DNA of 37,169 nt from a virus. The translations under genes and the position numbers were made by a program. Below are positions 6,680 through 13,737 of this stretch, in pieces. The notes under the pieces were generated by a model. It was not told the origin of the DNA. It saw nothing but the letters and a program-made list of their open reading frames with translations, and ran no database searches. The stretch lies in the IMG/VR virus record IMGVR_UViG_3300021960_000008; one strand, 5' to 3'. How positions within the stretch are numbered: position 1 is the stretch's first letter; every line of letters starts with the position of its first letter.

Positions 6680-6894
6680 TATTCATTTTCATAAAATTCA
6701 ATCGTATCAGAATACTGTTCGGCTAATTCTGCATAATGTTTTATAATAGTAAAATGCTCATCTTTTGATAATTCAGCATCTTCACGAGCTTCTTGCGAAT
6801 GCATATTATAAAGACCAGAATATTGAACACGAACATAATTGTCGAATTCAATTGCTCCGATTGCTTCAATTCCTAAGTCTATTGGTCTAGGCAT
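6676..6894 (-). CDS. First gene of the leftward early operon; hypothetical acidic protein (possibly DUF5049-like)
   Basis: 72-aa ORF with RBS AAGGGAGGTA. The VRVQYSGLYNM motif reminds me of the sG..NM motif of DUF5049. That is a weak recollection only. Confidence 0.55.
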   Translation of the reverse strand: MPRPIDLGIEAIGAIEFDNYVRVQYSGLYNMHSQEAREDAELSKDEHFTIIKHYAELAEQYSDTIEFYENEY

Positions 6895-6929
6895 ATCTTC
6901 TACCTCCCTTATTTTTTTTACTCATATTT

Positions 6930-6958
6930 ATATTAACAAATCTATTAACCTAAGTCAA
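6930..6958 (-). promoter_or_regulatory. Sigma70-like leftward early promoter
   Basis: On the minus strand: -35 TTGACT (6958..6953), 17-nt spacer, -10 TAATAT (6935..6930). It lies about 35 nt upstream of the ATG at 6894. Confidence 0.5.
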
Positions 6959-7050
6959 CTATTTACTTAAAATAAACCAGTATTTAAAAGATACTATTAA
7001 CTAAATATATACTAGTAATTAAACAGTAACTACTTACTAAAAATATACTA

Positions 7051-7079
7051 TTTACATAGATATTAACATATGTTAACAT
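7051..7079 (+). promoter_or_regulatory. Possible rightward promoter overlapped by a 14-bp perfect palindrome
   Basis: TTTACA (7051..7056), 17-nt spacer, TAACAT (7074..7079). The palindrome TTAACATATGTTAA (7063..7076) spans the spacer and -10. The predicted +1 would fall very close to the RBS, so the call is uncertain. Confidence 0.3.
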
Positions 7080-7098
7080 GATAATGGAGGTAAAGAAT

Positions 7099-7263
7099 AT
7101 GAAGATGACAGATGTAGATATTTGGTTTGCAACCGAAAGATTAAAGTTTGTTAGTAAAGTTATTCAAAAGCACTTAGATACTCCAAGAGCTTCCAGTCCA
7201 AAAGCTTTAAAGAATCTAAGAGCTGAGAAAACAAGATTGACAAATCAATTAGCAGGTGTGTAA
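7099..7263 (+). CDS. Hypothetical small basic protein
   Basis: The ORF runs 7078..7263. I prefer the ATG at 7099, 8 nt after GGAGG (7086..7090). The product is 54 aa, and I recognise no family. Confidence 0.5.
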   Translation: MKMTDVDIWFATERLKFVSKVIQKHLDTPRASSPKALKNLRAEKTRLTNQLAGV

Positions 7264-7283
7264 GATTTGAGCTTTAAGAAGTC

Positions 7284-7312
7284 TTGACATTACATTACCG
7301 ACTTGCTACTAT
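7284..7312 (+). promoter_or_regulatory. Sigma70-like promoter at the head of the long untranslated leader before terS
   Basis: TTGACA (7284..7289), 17-nt spacer, TACTAT (7307..7312). Confidence 0.5.
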
Positions 7313-7377
7313 CATATTGCCGGAGCTTTAACCTTTAAAGAATCTAGCTTTAAAATGCACTATCATACTATATAAGG

Positions 7378-7461
7378 TATACAAAAATACCACCTCAAAA
7401 ACCCTTTCACACCCACACACACACATCACTTCCTACCATCAGAGCCGTCCCCCCCAAAAAA
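7378..7461 (+). promoter_or_regulatory. G-free C/A-rich tract followed by C7A6; candidate rut-like (Rho-loading) or packaging-related element
   Basis: There is no G on the + strand from 7378 to 7441. The tract includes CACACCCACACACACACATCAC. CCCCCCC (7449..7455) and AAAAAA (7456..7461) follow. This composition is atypical for this AT-rich genome, and no ORF covers it. Confidence 0.35.
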
Positions 7462-7566
7462 TATTCCTGTGATATACAACATGGATTACTCCACACAGCG
7501 GAGGGAAAAATGGGAATATTAACCTGTTATTGACAGCAAGATACTTTAGTTTAGACTATAAAGTAT

Positions 7567-7980
7567 ATGAGAAAACTATTGACAGACAAGCAAAAAGAGT
7601 TCGTTAGGCACTTTAGCGAAAAAGGTAATGCTACAGAGGCTGCAATTAAGGCAGGTTACTCTCCAGCAACGGCTCAACAGCAGGGATATGAGCTTAAAAA
7701 TAAGCTTTCTGCAGAGATTGAGGATGCTACTAGAAAGCTTTTAAATGGTGCAGTACCAGTTGCGATAGAAAAATTGCAACAATTAGTAGTAGACCCAGCA
7801 GTTAACGCAAGTACAAAGCTTGGTGCAATCAATTCTATCTTGGATAGAACTGGATATCAGACTACAACTAAGATTGAAGATGTAACTGGTAGAAAAACTG
7901 ACGAGGAATTGCAAGCAGAACTTAGAAATATAATGGGTTCTTTGCAACTAGCTGCAGTAAAAGATGAAGATATTAACTAA
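7567..7980 (+). CDS. terS: Terminase small subunit
   Basis: 137 aa. LTDKQKEFVRHFSEKGNATEAAIKAGYSPATAQQQGYELKNK is the classic Terminase_2 N-terminal HTH signature. The gene lies directly upstream of TerL. Confidence 0.85.
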   Translation: MRKLLTDKQKEFVRHFSEKGNATEAAIKAGYSPATAQQQGYELKNKLSAEIEDATRKLLNGAVPVAIEKLQQLVVDPAVNASTKLGAINSILDRTGYQTTTKIEDVTGRKTDEELQAELRNIMGSLQLAAVKDEDIN

Positions 7981-7991
7981 GGTTAAGATTT

Positions 7992-9410
7992 ATGAGTGAT
8001 GCGCTGGAAAGGGCTGTAGAAATTGCTAAAGAATTAGAGCATAGGAAGCTTACTAACAGATTAAAGCACTATGAGCCGTATGAATACCAAATTAAGTTCC
8101 ATAATACAGTAGCATCTCAGAGATTACTTATGGCTGGTAACAGAATAGGTAAGTCTTTTTGTGGTGCAATGGAAATGGCCTACCATTTAACTGGTAAGTA
8201 CCCAGAATGGTGGGAGGGTCGTAAGTTTACTAAACCAATCAGAGCCTGGGCAGGTGGTGCATCTAACGAAACTACCAGAGATATCTGCCAAAAAGAGCTA
8301 GTAGGGCAACCAGATGACCCCTCTGCTAAAGGAACTGGCTCTATACCGCTACAAGACATAGGAGAAACTACCAGAAAACCAGGTGTGCCAAATGCACATA
8401 ATTCTTTGGTTGTTAAACACGTAACTGGGGGGTGGTCAAGGTTAGCATTTAAAGCATATGAGATGGGTAGAGAAAAATGGATGGGAGAAGCTGTAGATGT
8501 TGTATGGCTAGATGAAGAACCACCAGCTGCTATCTATTCTCAAGCACTAACAAGGACTGCAGACAGAGGTGGCATGGTATATATGACCTTTACACCAGAA
8601 TCTGGTATGACAGAAACAGTGGCACAGTTTGTTAACGACCTTAGACCTGGTCAATCTTTACTACAAGCTGGATGGGATGATGCACCGCATATGACACCAG
8701 AGGTAAGAGAGCAGATACTTTCTGCATTGCCACCACACGAAAGAAAGATGAGAGAACAAGGTATACCACAATTAGGTTCTGGTCTTGTATTCCCTATAGC
8801 AGAAGATGATGTAGTATGTGACCCAATAGAAATACCAACTTACTGGCCAAGATTATGTGGTATAGATTTTGGTTGGAATCATCCGACAGCTGCAGTATGG
8901 TTGGCATGGGATAGAGATGCGGACATTGTGTATATTTACGATACTTATGCTATGCGACAAGAAGCTGTACCAATGCACGCAAGTGCAATTAAAGCAAGAG
9001 GTACTTGGATTCCTGTAATCTGGCCTATGGATGGTAGACAAGCTGATAAAGGTTCTGGTAAATCACTTACAGAGCAGTACAGAGCAGAAGGTGTTTACAT
9101 GACACGTAATCATTTTTCTAATCCACCATCAAGAGGTCAACGAGAAGGCACAGGTGGTAACTCAGTAGAAGCTGGTATACAAGAAATGTATACTCGTATG
9201 CAGACAAAACGATTGAAAATTTTTAGAAATCAAGATAAACTATTACAAGAATTGCGAATGTATCATCGTAAAGACGGAAAGATAGTTCCAATAAATGATG
9301 ATGTTATATCTGCAATGAGATATTGTGTTATGTCTTTGCGTCATGCAAGACTTAAAAATTTTGAACCACAATACATAGAAGCAGAAACAGAGTTTAGTAT
9401 ATTCACATGA
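7992..9410 (+). CDS. terL: Terminase large subunit
   Basis: 472 aa with a Walker A-like AGNRIGKS and Walker B VVWLDEEP. The C-terminal nuclease region contains GIDFG and DDVISAMRY. Confidence 0.9.
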   Translation: MSDALERAVEIAKELEHRKLTNRLKHYEPYEYQIKFHNTVASQRLLMAGNRIGKSFCGAMEMAYHLTGKYPEWWEGRKFTKPIRAWAGGASNETTRDICQKELVGQPDDPSAKGTGSIPLQDIGETTRKPGVPNAHNSLVVKHVTGGWSRLAFKAYEMGREKWMGEAVDVVWLDEEPPAAIYSQALTRTADRGGMVYMTFTPESGMTETVAQFVNDLRPGQSLLQAGWDDAPHMTPEVREQILSALPPHERKMREQGIPQLGSGLVFPIAEDDVVCDPIEIPTYWPRLCGIDFGWNHPTAAVWLAWDRDADIVYIYDTYAMRQEAVPMHASAIKARGTWIPVIWPMDGRQADKGSGKSLTEQYRAEGVYMTRNHFSNPPSRGQREGTGGNSVEAGIQEMYTRMQTKRLKIFRNQDKLLQELRMYHRKDGKIVPINDDVISAMRYCVMSLRHARLKNFEPQYIEAETEFSIFT

Positions 9411-9676
9411 GAAAAGAACATAAAAGCGAATCAGGTGGTCTTACACCAGCAGGCAGAAAATACTTTAAAAGAAAAGATGGCTCTAATTTAAAACCAGCAG
9501 TTAGCAAAGGTAAGAATCCTAGACGTATTAGTTTTGCTGCTAGGTTTGGGGGTATGGCTGGAGCAATGAAAGACAAGAAAGGTAAACCAACAAGATTAGC
9601 ATTAGCATTAAGAAAGTGGGGTTTTGGTAGTAAAGCAGCCGCAAAAAAATTTGCTAATGCAAATAAAAAAGCATAA
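9407..9676 (+). CDS. Small highly basic protein (89 aa)
   Basis: ORF overlapping the terL stop (ATGA). It is K/R/G/A-rich and contains GGLTPAGRKYFKRKDGSNLKP...PRRISFAARF. Confidence 0.6.
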   Translation: MRKEHKSESGGLTPAGRKYFKRKDGSNLKPAVSKGKNPRRISFAARFGGMAGAMKDKKGKPTRLALALRKWGFGSKAAAKKFANANKKA

Positions 9677-9690
9677 AGGAGAGTATTATT

Positions 9691-9867
9691 ATGCCAATGG
9701 GAAAAGGAACATATGGAAGTAAAAAAGGCAGGCCACCAAAAAAAACAAAGATGGCTGGTGCTAAAAAAGGTACTTCAAAATTAGCAGGTATGTATGGTAA
9801 TAAAAAAAAAGTAACAAGAGGTGACATTATTGCTGCAGCTAAAAAAAATAAAAGGAGCAAAGCATAA
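9691..9867 (+). CDS. Small lysine-rich protein (58 aa), below the ORF-track size cutoff
   Basis: Hand translation gives MPMGKGTYGSKKGRPPKKTKMAGAKKGTSKLAGMYGNKKKVTRGDIIAAAKKNKRSKA. RBS AAAGGAGAG lies 7 nt upstream. Confidence 0.5.
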   Translation: MPMGKGTYGSKKGRPPKKTKMAGAKKGTSKLAGMYGNKKKVTRGDIIAAAKKNKRSKA

Positions 9868-10025
9868 TGGCTAAACCAGGATTGTATGCAAACATACATA
9901 AAAAACGTAAAAGAATACAAGCTGGTAGTGGTGAGAAAATGAGGAAGCCTGGAGCTAAAGGCGCACCAACTGCAGCTAATTTTAAAAGAGCAGCAAAGAC
10001 TGCTAAAAAAACGAGGAGGGCATAA
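9867..10025 (+). CDS. Small lysine/arginine-rich protein (52 aa), below the ORF-track size cutoff
   Basis: Hand translation gives MAKPGLYANIHKKRKRIQAGSGEKMRKPGAKGAPTAANFKRAAKTAKKTRRA. There are TAATG overlaps at both ends and an AGGAG upstream. I recall the GLxANIHxKRKR motif from other viral hypothetical proteins. Confidence 0.55.
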   Translation: MAKPGLYANIHKKRKRIQAGSGEKMRKPGAKGAPTAANFKRAAKTAKKTRRA

Positions 10026-10279
10026 TGGGAAGTCCAGCATCTGTTCTTACTAGCATAATAGGTTCTGTTGCAGGTAAAACATTAAGCGATGTTTTTGGTT
10101 TTGGTAAAAAGTCAGCAAAAAAAATGACACCACCAGACCCAAAAGAGGTTATGAAACAACCAGATGTTTCAGCACAAAAAAGACTTGCGTCACAGTATGG
10201 ACAAGGTTCTACTTTGTTAACAGGCACACAGGGTGTAGAAGATACAGCAACAACTAGCAAAACTTTATTAGGCGGATAA
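10025..10279 (+). CDS. Small virion-type protein, paralogue 1 (C-terminal ...STLLTG..G....TTSKTLLGG)
   Basis: 84 aa. Its C-terminus is shared with ORF 10692..10919. The layout (G-rich N-terminus, PK-rich linker, ..TiLTG..G...kTLLG end) resembles small pre-portal proteins of podoviruses (T7 gp6.7-like position), from memory. Confidence 0.55.
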   Translation: MGSPASVLTSIIGSVAGKTLSDVFGFGKKSAKKMTPPDPKEVMKQPDVSAQKRLASQYGQGSTLLTGTQGVEDTATTSKTLLGG

Positions 10280-10704
10280 TGATTAGACCAATATTAGACC
10301 AAGCATGGAGTAAAAAATTTTATGAATGGTTACAACCTAGAGCAGAAATAGAAACTGAGGAATATACTACAATTGGTTTCTTAGATGACTGGGATAACAT
10401 AGTAGGAGTTATACTTTTTTGCAACTACGATGGTAATAACATTTATGTTCATATAGCTTCTGATTCACCTAAACACGTTAAAAGAAAATATATAAAATTA
10501 ATGTTTGATTATGTATTTAATCAAGCAAAATGTCAACGAGTAACTGCTACTTGCTATGCAGACAAAAAAAGAAGTCAAAGACTAATTGAGGGCGTTGGTT
10601 TTAAAAAAGAAGGATATTTAAAGAATTTTGTAAAAAAACATGATAAACTTAAAGATATTATTTTGTATGGTATGCAAAAGGAGGACTGTAAATGGGTGGC
10701 GTAA
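10279..10704 (+). CDS. GNAT-family N-acetyltransferase
   Basis: 141 aa. QRVTATCYADKKRSQRLIEGVGFKKEGYLKNF fits the GNAT motif A / beta-bulge region. Confidence 0.7.
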   Translation: MIRPILDQAWSKKFYEWLQPRAEIETEEYTTIGFLDDWDNIVGVILFCNYDGNNIYVHIASDSPKHVKRKYIKLMFDYVFNQAKCQRVTATCYADKKRSQRLIEGVGFKKEGYLKNFVKKHDKLKDIILYGMQKEDCKWVA

Positions 10705-10919
10705 AAGATTTAATCATGGGCGCACCAAAACCTAAAATGCCTGACTTCGGAGCTGAGGCAAGAGAAACTGCTAGAAAACAAGCAGAGTTAGATGCACAAC
10801 AAGCAAAGTTTAGAAAAAGCAGAGCTATGGGTATGGGTAGCTTAATAAAAACATCTGGCATGGGTTTAACAGAAGAAGCAACAACTTCTAAAAGTTTGCT
10901 TGGCGGATTCTATGGATAA
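10692..10919 (+). CDS. Small virion-type protein, paralogue 2 (C-terminal ...TTSKSLLGG)
   Basis: 75 aa. GSLIKTSGMGLTEEATTSKSLLGG aligns with GSTLLTGTQGVEDTATTSKTLLGG of ORF 10025..10279. The PKPKMPD segment recalls the T7 gp6.7 N-terminus. Confidence 0.55.
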   Translation: MGGVKDLIMGAPKPKMPDFGAEARETARKQAELDAQQAKFRKSRAMGMGSLIKTSGMGLTEEATTSKSLLGGFYG

Positions 10920-12558
10920 GTTTAAACATTACAAATCAGCTATAGCTCGTATGGAGGGTGACAGAGGTAACTGGGAAGACCAGTGGCAAGAAATATTAGA
11001 CTATGTTATGCCACGTAAAGCAGATGTTACTTTTGTTCGTTCACCTGGTGAAAAAAGAACTGAGGTCTTGTTTGATTCTACAGCCATAACTGCAAACAAT
11101 TTGTTAGCAGCAAGTTTGCAGGGAACTCTAACATCACCATCTTTGCAATGGTTTCATATTAGATTAAGAGATACTTTTTTAAATGACGAAAGAGATGTGC
11201 AAATGTGGTTAGAAGATTCTGCTAAAAGAATGTATGACGTCTTTAACGAAACTAATTTTAATTCAGAAGTACACGAAGCATATTTAGATATATGTTCTAT
11301 AGGAACAGCAGCATTATTTATAGAAGAAGGTTCAAAAGGTTTTCAAGAAAGTCTTATACATTTTAGAACTTTACACATTTCAGAATATTACATACAAGAA
11401 AATGTAGATGGTTATGTAGACACATTATATAGAAGATATAAATTATCAGCTCGACAAGCAGTGCAAGAGTTTGGCGAAGATAACTTAGGCGAAAAAGTAA
11501 TAAAGGCATCAAAAGAAAAACCAGATAAAGAATTTGATTTTATTCATGCAGTAGAACCATTAGAAGACTATGAAAGAATGTTTGGCAAATCAAACACTAA
11601 GCTACCTTTTCATTCATGTCATATCTGCGAACAAGATAAAATGATTGTAAGAACTGGTGGCTATAATGAATTTCCATATCTTGTACCTAGATGGGCTAAA
11701 GCTACTGGAGAAACATATGGTCGTTCTCCATCTTTCAATGCATTACCAGATATAAAAACATTAAACAAAGCTGTAGAGCTAGGACTAAAAGCATGGTCAA
11801 AAGCTATTGACCCACCATTACTTGTTGGTGATGATGGTGTTATAGGCAAAGTAAGAATGACACCTGGTGGTATAACTGTTGTAAGAGATAGAGAAGCAGT
11901 CGTGCCTCTACAAATAGGTTCTAATTTTCAATTAACAGATATGAAAGAAAACCAACTTAGACAAGCTATTAGACAAGCATATTATTCTGACCAACTACAA
12001 TTACAAGAAGGACCACAAATGACAGCTACAGAAGTACAAGTAAGATACGAACTTATGCAAAGACTATTAGGTCCTACACTCGGTAGATTCCAGTCAGAGT
12101 TTTTAAATCCACTTATAGAAAGAGTTTTTGGTATTATGCTTAGAGGAGGAGGTTTTTTACCTGCACCTGAAATAATACAAGACCAACAAATAGATGTAGA
12201 TTTTGTAGGGCCACTAGCAAGGTCACAGCGTATGGAAGAAGCAGTAGCAGTAGAAAGATTGTATCAATTAGCTATGAATATAGGACAAGTAGACCCTGCA
12301 ATAATGGATAATATAAATCATGATGTAGCAATTAGAACTAGAGCTAATTTATTAGGTGTACCTAAAACTGTATTAAGAAGCGAAGACGAAGTAGAAGAAA
12401 TTAGACAAGAAAGAGCAGCAGCACAACAAGCACAAGCAGAAGCTATGATGCAAGCGCAACAAGCACAAACTGCAAAAACAAATGCACAAGCTATGAACGA
12501 AGCAACACAAAATCCTAACATGGAAGAAATAATGCAAGCGGACGTATTACCTGAATAA
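10912..12558 (+). CDS. Portal (head-to-tail connector) protein, T7 gp8-type
   Basis: About 548 aa from the ATG at 10912 (the track uses TTG at 10900). It has portal-like length and position, the pattern WQEILDYVMPRKA ... YIQENVDGYVDTLYRRYKLSARQAVQEFG, and a Q/A-rich C-terminal tail. Confidence 0.85.
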   Translation: MDKFKHYKSAIARMEGDRGNWEDQWQEILDYVMPRKADVTFVRSPGEKRTEVLFDSTAITANNLLAASLQGTLTSPSLQWFHIRLRDTFLNDERDVQMWLEDSAKRMYDVFNETNFNSEVHEAYLDICSIGTAALFIEEGSKGFQESLIHFRTLHISEYYIQENVDGYVDTLYRRYKLSARQAVQEFGEDNLGEKVIKASKEKPDKEFDFIHAVEPLEDYERMFGKSNTKLPFHSCHICEQDKMIVRTGGYNEFPYLVPRWAKATGETYGRSPSFNALPDIKTLNKAVELGLKAWSKAIDPPLLVGDDGVIGKVRMTPGGITVVRDREAVVPLQIGSNFQLTDMKENQLRQAIRQAYYSDQLQLQEGPQMTATEVQVRYELMQRLLGPTLGRFQSEFLNPLIERVFGIMLRGGGFLPAPEIIQDQQIDVDFVGPLARSQRMEEAVAVERLYQLAMNIGQVDPAIMDNINHDVAIRTRANLLGVPKTVLRSEDEVEEIRQERAAAQQAQAEAMMQAQQAQTAKTNAQAMNEATQNPNMEEIMQADVLPE

Positions 12559-12767
12559 TGGACGATACTTTAAAACAACAAAAAAAAGATTACATGATTA
12601 CCTTCGGTACAAAAGAAGGTGAGCGAGTTTTAGCTGATTTACTTTCAGCTTATTATCATAGGAGTTCTTTTAGTAAAGACCCTTATGAAACTGCTTTTAA
12701 GGAAGGGCAAAGAGCAGTAATAGTCAGAATACTAAATCTTTTAAAGGAGGATAATAATAATGGCTGA
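12558..12767 (+). CDS. Conserved small protein after the portal gene (possibly Bbp19-like)
   Basis: 69 aa with a TAATG overlap with the portal gene. TFGTKEGERVLADLL...PYETAFKEGQRAVIVRIL resembles a small family seen after portal genes. The recollection is uncertain. Confidence 0.55.
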   Translation: MDDTLKQQKKDYMITFGTKEGERVLADLLSAYYHRSSFSKDPYETAFKEGQRAVIVRILNLLKEDNNNG

Positions 12768-13599
12768 CGAAACAATGACCACAGAAGTGGCAGACAACCC
12801 ACAAACAGAAGTGTCAGGAGATTCTGTTTTAGGGTCTGGCATAAGTGATAATCAAACAGCAACTGATTGGAAATCATCTTTGCCACAAGAATTACAAAGC
12901 GACCCAACACTCGCAAATTTTAAAGATGTTGAATCTCTTGCAAAAACTGTTGTGCATCAACAAAAAGTATTAGGTAGTAGAATACCTATACCAAAAAATG
13001 ATGAGGAGAAAGCAGAGTTATACACTAAGCTAGGACGACCAGAAGAAGCTAGTGGGTATGAAGTGCAAATACCAGAAACTCATTCACAGTTTTTTGAAGA
13101 AAATCAAGTAACGGAGTTTAAAGAAGTTGCACACAAGATAGGTCTGAACAACGAGCAGGTAAATGCTTTGATAGACTATCAAGTAAACAACATAGAAAAT
13201 GCAGCACAATATCAAGCTGCAGAATTAAACTCTGGTAGAGAAGAAGCACAAACTACACTTCAAAAAGAATGGGGTGTGGAGTACGATAAAAATTTAAGAG
13301 CAGCACATAGAGCATTACAAGTATATGGCAATGAAGAAGTGCAAGAAGCTGTAAATGGAGAATTAGGAAATAATCCTGCATTTATAAAAATGCTTGCAAA
13401 CATTGGCTCAGAGGTTACAGAAGATATGGCACAAAACACATCTAACAACAATATTGCTGTATCAGTATTGGATGCAAAAGCAGAAATAGAATCTATTATG
13501 CAAGACCCAAGTAATCCATATTTTAATGCTGGACACAAAGACCATAGAAGTGCAATAGAAAGAATGAGGCAATTGCACGAAAAAGTCTATGGAAAATAA
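12760..13599 (+). CDS. Putative scaffolding protein
   Basis: 279 aa, acidic and helical, with RBS AAGGAGG. It lies between the portal and major capsid genes. Confidence 0.6.
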   Translation: MADETMTTEVADNPQTEVSGDSVLGSGISDNQTATDWKSSLPQELQSDPTLANFKDVESLAKTVVHQQKVLGSRIPIPKNDEEKAELYTKLGRPEEASGYEVQIPETHSQFFEENQVTEFKEVAHKIGLNNEQVNALIDYQVNNIENAAQYQAAELNSGREEAQTTLQKEWGVEYDKNLRAAHRALQVYGNEEVQEAVNGELGNNPAFIKMLANIGSEVTEDMAQNTSNNNIAVSVLDAKAEIESIMQDPSNPYFNAGHKDHRSAIERMRQLHEKVYGK

Positions 13600-13607
13600 T
13601 TATCTTG

Positions 13608-13616
13608 TGCTATAAT
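13608..13616 (+). promoter_or_regulatory. Extended -10 promoter (TGcTATAAT) ahead of the capsid gene
   Basis: TG at 13608..13609 and TATAAT at 13611..13616. There is no good -35, which extended -10 promoters tolerate. Confidence 0.45.
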
Positions 13617-13628
13617 TAAAATACCAAA

Positions 13629-13703
13629 ATCTGCCCGTTAGGATAACAGATGTGGTGGCCATGATGGCGTTAAAAATTAGGTTTCCCGTTATGGATAAAA
13701 ACC
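13629..13703 (+). promoter_or_regulatory. Twin hairpins with different stems but near-identical loops (CCCGTTA(T)GGATAA) in the capsid-gene leader
   Basis: Hairpin 1 has stem ATCTG (13629..13633) / CAGAT (13647..13651) and loop CCCGTTAGGATAA. Hairpin 2 has stem GGTTT (13680..13684) / AAACC (13699..13703) and loop CCCGTTATGGATAA. The loop motifs start 51 nt apart. Confidence 0.5.
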
Positions 13704-13737
13704 GCAACATCATTATTTTTTTAAAGGAGGACAGGTT

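Noticed and set aside
877-7079. Recurring ATGTTAAC / ATATTAAC motif as a dedicated operator
   Set aside because: Most occurrences coincide with the predicted -10 hexamers (TAACAT, TAATAT) of the early promoters, so the recurrence is explained by promoter similarity. Only the palindrome at 7063..7076 is kept as a possible operator.
7530-7566. TTGACA at 7530 as a promoter driving a leaderless terS
   Set aside because: No acceptable -10 hexamer lies at 16-18 nt spacing (AGACTA and GACTAT only). TATAAA is 21 nt away.
9654-10040. 128-aa minus-strand ORF in the track
   Set aside because: It is the antisense of three lysine-rich + strand genes, so AAA/AAG codons read as F/L-rich nonsense. It has no RBS and runs against the surrounding + strand operon.
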